A DNA stretch of 38,008 bases from Welwitschia mirabilis (Eukaryota). Shown one piece after another: positions 12,958 through 24,242 of this stretch (the first letter of the stretch is position 1; each line of letters begins with the position of its first letter). The position numbers and the translations under genes are program-made. The notes beneath the pieces are model-generated. The model saw only the letters and a list, made by a program, of their open reading frames with translations, made no database searches and was not told where the DNA came from. Location of the stretch: NCBI GenBank assembly GCA_051453625.1, contig JBOZIK010000001.1, positions 37,396,496 through 37,434,503 of the forward strand, given 5' to 3'.

Positions 12958-13609
12958 TGGCCCGTCCACTTAACCTTATCAGTCACTGATAAAACTAGGC
13001 AATTACCCATCATTATAGACCAACTTATCTAATAATAAAAACAACTAATGTATTCAAAAATCATCTCAAAAAAATTTTCAGAAATCTCAAATATACAGAT
13101 TAAATTATGTAAAAACAGAAAATTAAATACTTCACTTATTTGAATGACTGATGATAATGTCATTTGAATCATTGTCTAGATGATAGGATAAACGATAGGC
13201 TTAAAAATTATTCTTAGAAAATAGAAATCTATGAAATAAATTCTTAGATAAATAATTAATAAATACATAAATAATTAAAGCCCTTCACTAAAATGTATAG
13301 TAAATAAATAAAATGATCATGGCAAATATAATCAATTGCCATCGTGGAATNNNNNNNNNNNNNNNNNNNNNNNNNNNNNNNNNNNNNNNNNNNNNNNNNN
13401 NNNNNNNNNNNNNNNNNNNNNNNNNNNNNNNNNNNNNNNNNNNNNNNNNNCCCTTCACTAAAATGTACAGTAAATAAATAAAATGATCATGGCAAATATA
13501 ATTAATTGCCATCATGGAATGTGAAAAGAAAGATAAGCATTAAAGTCAAGTAAAATTACACTATGATAAACTCAAAATAAGATGTGTATATATATAATTA
13601 TGAGTTTTA

Positions 13610-15200
13610 AACACAAAAATATATAGAGGGAAAGGTATAAAATATGACAAAAAATAACTTTCCTTGATGCCTCCTGACAAACTCAGTATGGGTAGTTGGC
13701 TCAAGTACAGGAGAAGAAGATGGAGGGTGCTTAGGGTCTATAAGGAAATTAACATCTAATGATGTAAAAATGGAGTAAATTATCTTNNNNNNNNNNNNNN
13801 NNNNNNNNNNNNNNNNNNNNNNNNNNNNNNNNNNNNNNNNNNNNNNNNNNNNNNNNNNNNNNNNNNNNNNNNNNNNNNNNNNNNNNAAAATAAGATGTGT
13901 ATATATATAATTATGAGGTATAAACACAAAAATATATAGAGGGAAAGGTACAAAATATGACAAAAAATAACTTTCCTTGATTCCTCCTGACAAACTCAGT
14001 ATGGGTAGTTGGCTCAAGTACAGGAGAAGAAGATGGAGGGTGCTTAGGATCTGTAAGGAAATTAACATCTAATGATGTAAAAATGGAGTAAATTGTCTTA
14101 TCTCCTTGTACACAAACTACCTCTAGAAATTCAACTATTACACTTTGCTTAATGGATACAATGTGCTAATGTACATTGGCTATTTACTTCTCAGAGTAAC
14201 TAAACTCTCCTCTCAACTATCTAAATCCATTNNNNNNNNNNNNNNNNNNNNNNNNNNNNNNNNNNNNNNNNNNNNNNNNNNNNNNNNNNNNNNNNNNNNN
14301 NNNNNNNNNNNNNNNNNNNNNNNNNNNNNNNNNNNNNNNNNNNNNNNNNNNNNNNNNNNNNNNNNNNNNNNNNNNNNNNNNNNNNNNNNNNNNNNNNNNN
14401 NNNNNNNNNNNNNNNNNNNNNNNNNNNNNNNNNNNNNNNNNNNNNNNNNNNNNNNNNNNNNNNNNNNNNNNNNNNNNNNNNNNNNNNNNNNNNNNNNNNN
14501 NNNNNNNNNNNNNNNNNNNNNNNNNNNNNNNNNNNNNNNNNNNNNNNNNNNNNNNNNNNNNNNNNNNNNNNNNNNNNNNNNNNNNNNNNNNNNNNNNNNN
14601 NNNNNNNNNNNNNNNNNNNNNNNNNNNNNNNNNNNNNNNNNNNNNNNNNNNNNNNNNNNNNNNNNNNNNNNNNNNNNNNNNNNNNNNNNNNNNNNNNNNN
14701 NNNNNNNNNNNNNNNNNNNNNNNNNNNNNNNNNNNNNNNNNNNNNNNNNNNNNNNNNNNNNNNNNNNNNNNNNNNNNNNNNNNNNNNNNNNNNNNNNNNN
14801 NNNNATCTCTCAACATCATCTAGATCTATAACTATTGTAATGTGATTTGAGAGTACTACGATTTCATGTTCCCATATCAATGCTACAATCATATCCATGA
14901 GGTAACCAAAAGAATCTGGTCATCACTCTATATGCATAGTGTCATAAAACTCCCTAATCTCTGACACATAATATATCCCATGTGCATCCAGAATCTAATG
15001 GAGCTATAAATTAGGGAGCTTCTAATTGACCTTTGGCTTTAATTTACTTATAAAATATCTAAAGTATCTCTCAACATGGATGGTAGTACTCTAAATCATA
15101 AGTGAACTTCCATGTCAAGGCAGGGGATGCACAGGCTCTGCATGCTCTAACTTAGGTGGTATTAAGGGGTCCACCTCCTACTCTATGGCTTTGTCCTAAT
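13610..15200 (-). pseudogene. Degenerate accessory (env-like / putative plant transposon protein) ORF in the 3' region of element C
   Basis: One minus frame reads IHVERYFRYF...ILDAHGIYYVSEIREFYDTMH...MIVALIWEHEIVVLSNHITIVIDL (~15090-14820). This resembles the ER...Y..LVREFYAN...V.G..I.L pattern of plant LTR-element accessory ORFs. A Pro/Ser-rich tail HPPSSSPVLEP lies near 14040/13725. The middle is in an N gap. Confidence 0.55.
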
Positions 15201-15254
15201 CTCAACCTATCTAGCTCTATATGTATGGGACCTACTCAATCAAAAGTATGTAAA

Positions 15255-16020
15255 ATCTTATGCAAAATCTAATAAACAAGCTAAATACATCATGTGGATG
15301 CTCAAAAATAACCCCCAAAATTAATATAAAATGTACAAAATTATGAAAATATGTCCTACCCCCTCCAAAGGTGTTAATACATCCTATATTATCTAGTTGT
15401 GAATAAAATTTCAAAATGTGCTGAAAATNNNNNNNNNNNNNNNNNNNNNNNNNNNNNNNNNNNNNNNNNNNNNNNNNNNNNNNNNNNNNNNNNNNNNNNN
15501 NNNNNNNNNNNNNNNNNNNNNNNNNNNNNNNNNNNNNNNNNNNNNNNNNNNNNNNNNNNNNNNNNNNNNNNNNNNNNNNNNNNNNNNNNNNNNNNNNNNN
15601 NNNNNNNNNNNNNNNNNNNNNNNNNNNNNNNNNNNNNNNNNNNNNNNNNNNNNNNNNNNNNNNNNNNNNNNNNNNNNNNNNNNNNNNNNNNNNNNNNNNN
15701 NNNNNNNNNNNNNNNNNNNNNNNNNNNNNNNNNNNNNNNNNNNNNNNNNNNNNNNNNNNNNNNNNNNNNNNNNNNNNNNNNNNNNNNNNNNNNNNNNNNN
15801 NNNNNNNNNNNNNNNNNNNNNNNNNNNNNNNNNNNNNNNNNNAAACGTTATGCAAGATTAGATAGATAAGCTACATAAATCACATAAATACTCAATAATG
15901 ACCTCCAAAATCAATAAAAAATGTAGAAAAAATGATGAAAATATTCCTACCCCCCTAAAGGTATCAATACATCTCATATTATTAGAAGAAAATTGCGAAA
16001 CACGCAAAAAATGGAAAAAT
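15255..16020. repeat. Two diverged direct copies of a ~170-bp unit (15255-15428 and 15843-16020)
   Basis: ttatgcaa...aagcta...ctcaa...ccaaaat.aat.aaaatgta.aaaa...atgaaaatat.tcctaccccc...aaaggt.t.aatacatc..atattat is shared. Many substitutions separate the copies, and an N gap lies between them. Confidence 0.75.
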
Positions 16021-16296
16021 AGTTTTATAAGTGGGCCCCATATAAGGTGAAAATTCAATTTTTCAAATGAAAAATCTAATCCAGTAGAATTATAGAACAC
16101 ATCAAACTAATCATATTACCCTAAAGGATTACTAATTTTCAACTTATGGTTTGCAAGAAATCAAGTGTAAAAGATAAAACCTAAGTTTTTCTTGTAAAAT
16201 AAAAAATCAATCATGGTCTTCAAAATACGTGGTGAAAATCAAATTTGTAAGTTCCAAACTAAAGAGTGTAAAAAACTAATCAATGTATGTAAAAAC

Positions 16297-17811
16297 TGTA
16301 AAATTGAAAACCTAGAGGGGGGTTAATAGGTTTCTAAAAAAATCATTCAAATAAATTCACAATATAAACTTACTTAAAATGAATCACTAGAAACTTGGCA
16401 TAAAAAAACTAAAAGTGTTCTGAAAAATGAAAATAATAAAAAGGTACATAAATACCAATCAAATGTACATAAGATTTATAGTGGTTCGAGAAAACCTTCT
16501 ACTCCACTCTCGATGATCAACTTATCACCAAATCTGATCCAGACCTCTATTAAACTCTTCTAGGTATTTCAAGTTCACCTATAACCTTTATAAACGGACT
16601 TCTTTTGAAGGCTCAGTCTTAACCTTTTTGTAAGAAATCATGGTAGTGATGACAAAATGCCCAAGTGCACTAGTATCACTCGTTCTTTNNNNNNNNNNNN
16701 NNNNNNNNNNNNNNNNNNNNNNNNNNNNNNNNNNNNNNNNNNNNNNNNNNNNNNNNNNNNNNNNNNNNNNNNNNNNNNNNNNNNNNNNACTAGTATCACT
16801 CATTCTTTGACTTAACAAAATTAAATAAAGTACTTCTCTTATAGATGATATAATCTAGGAACAATGGATTGCTATAAATCTGACCTCATATGCAAAGATA
16901 CAATAGATGTTGATTCATCTTTAGTCAATAATGCAATGTTAAAAGATTATAATAATTAATTCATAAGATATAATAGTTCATCAAAGAGTTCATACAATGA
17001 TTTAACTCTTAGCTATTTATAATAGAAGGCTTCTAGGATTATTACAAGTGAAAACATGCTTTCAACAATCATAAAATAGCTACATAATGGATATAAAATT
17101 TTTTATTCTGTCTCGACTGGTCAACCCCTCAAATATCCGATTGATCCTTTTTGGTGTTGTTACTTAAATAGATCGCCTNNNNNNNNNNNNNNNNNNNNNN
17201 NNNNNNNNNNNNNNNNNNNNNNNNNNNNNNNNNNNNNNNNNNNNNNNNNNNNNNNNNNNNNNNNNNNNNNNNNNNNNNNNNNNNNNNNNNNTCCTGATAA
17301 AATTTATCTTAGTTTTTTTTGCATCAAGTTCGGTTGATGCCTTAGGAATTTTGGTGACCCTTGCTAATCAGATGTAAAGTATTAATGCTCAGTTCTCAAA
17401 TCTAGTCAATCCCTCAAGTGTCTGATCAACCCCCTAATGATCAGTTTAGAAGTTTAAGTGCATAGTGCTCAGGTATAATTGACCCTTTATTTATCTAGTT
17501 GACCCCTTAATGATTGGTTTAGGAGTACTAATTCTAAGGTTCGCAGGTCCAGTTACCTCCTTAGAAGTCCAGTTAACCCCTCTAAATTTAGTTTATTTCT
17601 AAGAGTTTACTCTAGATGCGATCAACCCCTTAGAAGTCTGGTTGACCCCTCAAAAGGGTAATAAAACTTGATAGATTTCAGGATCAAAATGTGATAGATA
17701 TTGCTTCAGCTTCTGACCTGTAGGTAATTAATATTTTTTCCATAAAATATAATAAATTTCACTACATAAAAAAACATTAGTTTTATATTAATTAATAATA
17801 ATAATTTAACA
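16297..17811 (-). repeat. 3' LTR of element D
   Basis: Begins TGTAAAATTGAAAACCTAGAGGGGGGTTAAT, the reverse complement of the Sirevirus C-rich LTR end. Ends TTTAACA next to the PPT. Homologous to 22924-24242. Confidence 0.9.
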
Positions 17812-18475
17812 TTCTCCCTCTTTGACACTGATGGCAAATATTTTCTTAGTTTAAGAGATTAGATTTAAAAAAACTCCCCCTTACAAAATGCCTATTAATT
17901 TTTGCAAAAATATTAAACCTTTTATATCAAGTTAAGTATTTTGATAAGACCTCAACATTATGCCAAAATTTAAAGACAATTGTAAGTGCCAAAATATATA
18001 TGATAGACAAAATTTTGATCATGAAAATATTTATTAACCATAATAAATACCAGATATTTTAGTTTATATTAAAATAGATGTGCATTAGAAAATTTGAAAC
18101 ATAAAATTATAGATCATAAAAGAAAATGTAATTCTATTACTGAAAGATACTCAGTATAAATTAAAAATGCTTATCAAAGAANNNNNNNNNNNNNNNNNNN
18201 NNNNNNNNNNNNNNNNNNNNNNNNNNNNNNNNNNNNNNNNNNNNNNNNNNNNNNNNNNNNNNNNNNNNNNNNNNNNNNNNNAAGAAATACTAGATATTTT
18301 AGTTTATATTAAAATAGATGTGCATTAGAAATTTGAAACATAAAATTATAGATCATAAAAGAAAATGTAATTCTATTACTCAAAGATTATCAGTATAAAT
18401 TAAAAATGCTTATCAAAGCAAATACAGCTAAAAGAACATAAGTGACACAACCAATTCTTCCCCTTTTGACATCAA
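17812..18475 (-). promoter_or_regulatory. Multiple polypurine tracts of element D
   Basis: Minus strand: TGTCAAAGAGGGAGAA adjacent to the LTR (17812-17827), TAAGGGGGAG (~17874-17883) and TGTCAAAAGGGGAAGAA (~18455-18471). Repeated PPTs upstream of the 3' LTR are a known Sirevirus trait. Confidence 0.75.
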
Positions 18476-18519
18476 TAATAAAGAAGAGAAATACACACAA
18501 GTAAGAAAGAAAAATATAA

Positions 18520-19506
18520 TTAGAGTAAAAATATTTAATCAAATTCCTCTTCTTCCTCTTCTTTAGACTCTTCTTCTTCTTCTTCTTTTTCGAATACCTT
18601 CTATAATAAACTTCTAGCTTTCTTAGAAGTATCAGTAATCTCATACCTAGATACAATAAAAGATTTCTTTATATGCTTGGTACAAGAGTCAATCCACCTT
18701 AGGTATGAAAGTGTCTCTTCTAGAGAGGTGTTATTAGGAGAAGGAGATTTAGAGGACTTTTTTAATGCAACAAAGATATGCATGCAAGACAACGATGCAT
18801 GCCCAATGAATGACTTGGATTGAGGGTTTCAAGCTTTAAGTGAAATGTCACTTAATAATAATGGTACATATTAGCAATCAATACATAATAGGGTAAATCC
18901 CTAGTTCTATGGTACTCCAACATAGAAATCATGTTATTTAATATAATTGTAGGGGAATTAATGGAATTCTTAGTCCCTCTCAAATACATCAAATAGGTCC
19001 TATAGTTGGAGGACTTATCATGATGACTAACCAAAGAGGTAGAAATTTTATGCTTTCAGGTATGGAACTTACTACAAAGCTCCCTTGTGATTTTTGCCTT
19101 ATCTTCCATGGAGTAATGAAGAGGCCAAAACTCCTCTTCTTTTGAAAAATCAGTAATAGCTGCAAGGAAGTTGGTAGTAATTTTCATCTTCTTCCCCAAA
19201 ACTAGGGTTTCAAGGATTCCAGAGTCAATATCGTAAGAAGCATTACAAAAGAAAATTCTAGTAAGGAAAGGATAAGGTAAACCTAAAATATTATGAAAAT
19301 AAGATAGATCTTGATCTTGTAAGAGTTGTGTAAATCTCTGAGCTCTCTAAGGTATGAAGTAAAAATAGGTCTTTTCTAGCACACAGGTTTCTTATCAAAC
19401 TTCTTAGAGGACTTTAATAAAGCATTTTAGACATTTCCTAGTAGAAATAAGAGGGATATCTAATAGCAAATTCCTCATTCCTTATCTTGAAGGGTTTCTC
19501 AACCAT
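18520..19506 (-). pseudogene. Degenerate env-like accessory ORF of element D
   Basis: Lies between the pol end and the PPTs. It reads PYPFLTRIFFCNASY...ILETLVLGKKMKITT (~19280-19175), INSPTIILNNM and DLPYYVLIANMY (ORF 18852-19034). Next come a Ser/Pro-rich linker (KSSKSPSPN) and a charged GAA-repeat tail (18545-18590). Confidence 0.7.
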
Positions 19507-19974
19507 TTAAACTTCTTGGAAGAATATTAAAGATAAGAAAAATCTAAGAAAATTACTAGATCTAGAAGAAACAAAAGGCTAGAACATAATGAAAAGGGTT
19601 GGATACCACTTGCTTTTATAAAGAAGGTTGATTAGGTTGATTTTAAGAAATAATTAGGTCTATGATGGTACTTCTATACTATAAACCTACAAGTCCAGTC
19701 AACCTATCAAGACACGAGTCTATAATATAGGTAGGGTCCAGGCGACTAGGCTTTCAGATGGGTCAACTGACTACATCCCATCAACTAAATCATAGATCTA
19801 GTTGACTATCCTACAATCAGCTAGAGGACAATGAATTAACCCCTAGTTTATTTCGATGATGAAGGAANNNNNNNNNNNNNNNNNNNNNNNNNNNNNNNNN
19901 NNNNNNNNNNNNNNNNNNNNNNNNNNNNNNNNNNNNNNNNNNNNNNNNNNNNNNNNNNNNNNNNNNNAGCTAGA

Positions 19975-22148
19975 GGACACTGAATTAACCCCTAGTTTAT
20001 TTCGATGATGAAGGAAAATATCATAATTGAGGGGTTTCATAATAGTATATACTAGTTGATGTTATGTATTAACAAAATTCTTAGTATTATTTCCTTGTTT
20101 AACTTTGTAATTAACATGATCTAATCATTTATGCCAAAAATCTTCATGAGCAATATGAGAAAAATTACATGTATAAAATGATTAATATGTTCTATAGACA
20201 TTGTTTATTCTATTTGCTTTAAGGATAACATCATTTGTTTTGTTATGCAAAATTTTACATTTAGACTTATTAAAAACCACCTTATGACCTTTATCACAAA
20301 TTTAGCTAATACTCAGTAAATTGTGCTTTAAACCATTAACATATAAAAATTCATTAATTCTAGGTAAGTTACTTCCACTGATGCTTCTTATACCTTTAAT
20401 TTTTGCTTTTCCATTATTACCAAGTGATTTCTCTTCCATCAAATTTGATCAATTATTTAAATCTAAATATGTCTCTCATCATGTATCTTGAGCATTCACT
20501 ATCCAAGTACTAGCTACTACTATCTGAGGCCTCGAAAGCTATCTAAATTAAGAGACTTACTAATTAACTTTCATCCACTTAGTGTTTTTAGACTAATGTG
20601 ATACATGACCTTTCGAAATAAATTTAAATAGAAGAGAACTAATTGAATTTGAAAATAATATTAACTTTCTAGTAGTGTAAAAATATTTTTAATGTCCTAT
20701 CTTACCACAAAAATGATAAGTAATTTTAGATATAAATTTACTTTGCCAAGTTACCTATTTTTTCTGACTTTGAGGATTTTGAGGGATAAAGCCTCTACCA
20801 GACTTATCACTAATAGGTTTTTGAACTTCAACCATCTATTTCAATTTATAAGAATTACTAACTAATTAATTAACATAAAAAGACAAATATTTTACTTATA
20901 AAATAATATTGAAATTTTTAGATTTGATCTTTTTGTACTTCAATATCATTTCCTCTTTTTCTTTAGTGAAAGATCTTACAATTTTGTTTAGATCATTTAT
21001 CCACTTTGCCAACTTTTCACATTTCCAATATAGTTCTTAACAAGTATCTTCTATATCATCCTATTCTTTTTAATCACATCCAAATCATTAAGTTCTGATG
21101 TACTAGGCAAGTTCTAAAGTGGAGGCATAATTTCCATGAAGGATAGTCTTTTGTCTCCATCTGATTCTTGACCTAAACTATTATCATCATCCTCATCCAC
21201 ATTATTCCATATTGCAAGAAATGAGGATGTCTTTGATTTTCTGTGATCTATTTTATTGTTCAGGCACTTATTTGTCATATGTCCAAAGCCTTTTCAAGNN
21301 NNNNNNNNNNNNNNNNNNNNNNNNNNNNNNNNNNNNNNNNNNNNNNNNNNNNNNNNNNNNNNNNNNNNNNNNNNNNNNNNNNNNNNNNNNNNNNNNNNCA
21401 AGAATTTCTTGAACTGTCTTGCTAGGATAGTAAATTCATTATCATTTAAATCTTCATCTGATTTTTTTGATCTATAATCTTCCTGCATACACTTTAAAGT
21501 AATACCTTTATTCTTATCTAATTCATATGTTTATAAATTACCTTGAATCTCTTCTAGTATCATAATGTTGATATTCTTACTTTCATTAATTGCTATGACT
21601 TTTTATTTAAATCTCTTTAGAAAGGATCTCAACACTTTTCTAACCACTTTTACTTCATCTAATCATTCATGTATACTTGTCATGGAATTAATGATGTGGG
21701 TAAGTCTAGTAAAAAACTCTTATAAAGTCACCTCCTTATTTATATAAATGTCTTTAAATCTAGAGATAAGCATTTAAAGCTTGGCTTGCATGACTATGGA
21801 TGTTTCTTCATGAGTGACTTCAAGAATATTCCATGCTCCTTTTGCATGTTTATAATTTACAATGCATTTAAATCCATCAATATAAACTACACAAAATATA
21901 GCATTAAGAGCATGGGGGTTGTGATGGCTTTGGATCTATTAGTAGCAGTCCATTAATCTCAAGTTTTTGCAACTAAAATGGTATTACCATTCGCATTAGT
22001 TTTCACTAACATATGCATAGTATAACCTTTGTAAATAATCTCTTTAATATCTGCATCTAGGAATCTAAGGAAGATTCTCATTCAGGATTTCCAATAAGCA
22101 TAATTTGATCCATTAAACCAAAGTAGATAACCATGGAAAATCCATTAG
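19975..22148 (-). pseudogene. gag-pol: Degenerate gag, protease and GAG-pre-integrase fused to the RNase H C-terminus (element D)
   Basis: Gag motifs: FNGSNYAYWKS*MRIFL (~22115-22068), AWNILEVTHEETS, EFTILARQFKKFL, and two Zn knuckles (KGFGHMTNKC ~21290; YHFCGKIGH ~20715). Protease: YLDSECSRYM (~20510-20480) and VNGLKHNLLSIS*ICDKG. Then FWHK*LDHVNY runs straight into KVKQG...FVNT*HQLVYTIMKPL...RNKLG. Confidence 0.9.
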
Positions 22149-22307
22149 NNNNNNNNNNNNNNNNNNNNNNNNNNNNNNNNNNNNNNNNNNNNNNNNNNNN
22201 NNNNNNNNNNNNNNNNNNNNNNNNNNNNNNNNNNNNNNNNNNNNNNNNNNNNNNNNNNNNNNNNNNNNNNNNNNNNNNNNNNNNNNNNNNNNNNNNNNNN
22301 NNNNNNN

Positions 22308-24242
22308 GAAAACTGAAAGTATTCTGAGAAATGAAAACAATAAAAAGGCACAGAAATACCAATTAGATGCATGCAAGATTTATAGTAATTTGGGAAAACC
22401 TTCTAATCCACTCTCGATGATTAACTTATCACCAATCCTAATTTTGAACTCTGTTAAACTCTTCTAAGTATTTCAAATTCACTTGTAACCTTTATAAATA
22501 GACTTTTTATGAAGGCTCATACTTAACCTCTTTGTAAGAAATCATGGTAGTAATGATAGAATGTTTAAGTGCACTAGTATCACTTATTATTTGACTTAAT
22601 GAAAGTAAATGAAGCACTTCTTTTATAGATGATTCAATCTAGGAATAATGAAGTGCTATATATTTGACCTCATATGCAAAGATACAATAGACATTAATTT
22701 GTCTTTGGTCAGGAATGCAATGCTAAAAGAGTATAATGATCAACCCATAAGATTTAATAGTTTAGCAAAAACTTTGTACGGTGGTTTGACTCTTAGCTAT
22801 TTATNNNNNNNNNNNNNNNNNNNNNNNNNNNNNNNNNNNNNNNNNNNNNNNNNNNNNNNNNNNNNNNNNNNNNNNNNNNNNNNNNNNNNNNNNNNNNNNN
22901 NNNNNNNNNNNNNNNNNNNNNNNGGGGGATTGAATAAGTTTTTAAAAAAAATTATTTAAATAAATTTATAATATTAACTTACTTGAAAACTAAAAGTATT
23001 CTAAGAAATGAAAACAATGAAAAGGCACAGAAATACCAATTAGATGCATGCAAGATTTATAGTAATTTGGGAAAACCTTCTAATCCACTCTTGATGATTA
23101 ACTTATCACCAATCCTAATTTGGAACTCTGTTAAACTCTTATAAGTATTTCAAATTCACTTGTAACCTTTATAAATAGACTTTTTATGAAGGCTCATACT
23201 TAACCTCTTTGTAAGAAATCANNNNNNNNNNTTATTTAACTCAATGAAAGTAAATGAAGCACTTCTTTTATAGATGATTCAATCTAGGAATAATGGAGTG
23301 CTATAGATTTGACCTCATATGCAAAGATACAATAGACATTAATTTGTCTTTAGTCAGGAATGCAATGCTAAAAGAGTATAATGATCAACCCATAAGATTT
23401 AATAGTTTAGCAAAAAGTTTGTACAGTGGTTTGACTCTTAGCTATTTATAATGAAAGGATTTTTAGAATTATTATAAGTAAAAATTCACTTCTAACAGTT
23501 ATAAAATAGCTACATAATGGATATAAAATTTGTGTTTCTATCTTGACTGATTGACCCCTCAAACATTCAATCAAATTTTCTTAGTGCCATCACTTAAATA
23601 AGTTGCTTGATTAAACTTTCTCGTTGTCCCAGTTTCTTATGGCTTCATGTCTAGTTGACCCCTTAGAGTTTGGTCGACCACTCATCTAGTTTCATGTAGA
23701 TCTATCCAGTCACCCGCATGGTCTTGATAAAATCTATATCAGTTTTTTATACATCAAGTCTAGTCGACTCCTTAGGAATCTAGTTGATCCCTTTCTAATT
23801 AGGTGTAAAGTATTGATGCTTAGTCCTCAAATACATTAGATCCCTCAAGTATGGAGTCAACCCCTTGATAATCAGTTTAGGAGTATTAGGTGCATAATGC
23901 TTAGGTCCAGTCAACCCCTCATTTGTTCAAATGATCCCTTAATAATTGATTCAGAAGTACTAGTTCTCAAGTTCATAGGTCCTATCAACCCCTCAAAAGT
24001 CTAGTCAACCCATTTTAATTCAGTTCATTTTTGAGAGTTTGCTCTAGATATAGTCAACACCTTAGAAGTCTGGTCGACCCCTCAAGAGGATAACAAAACT
24101 TTACAGGTCTCAAGATCAAAATGTGATAGATATTGCTTCAACTTCTAACCTACAAGTAATTAATATTTTTTGCACAAAATACAATAAATTACACTACATA
24201 GAAAACATTATTTTAACATCAATTGGAAATAATAATTCAACA
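22308..24242 (-). repeat. 5' LTR of element D (22924-24242, plus a near-identical partial duplicate at 22308-22804)
   Basis: Collinear with 16297-17811 and ends TTCAACA followed by the TSD AAAAC. The PBS is expected in the N gap at 22149-22307 and is not visible. Confidence 0.88.

Larger units (their letters stand above)
16297..24242 (-). mobile_element. Element D: complete non-autonomous Sirevirus-like Copia element (LTR-gag-PR-deleted pol-env-like-PPTs-LTR)
   Basis: TG at 16297 and CA at 24241-24242, with a 5-bp target-site duplication AAAAC at 16292-16296 and 24243-24247. Two homologous LTRs, Sirevirus-type gag and protease motifs, and multiple PPTs. Confidence 0.92.

Noticed and set aside
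22308..23450. Apparent third LTR of element D (22308-22804 duplicates ~22985-23450)
   Set aside because: Almost identical to its neighbour while the true LTR pair is heavily diverged, and bounded by N gaps on both sides. Treated as an assembly or haplotype duplicate.
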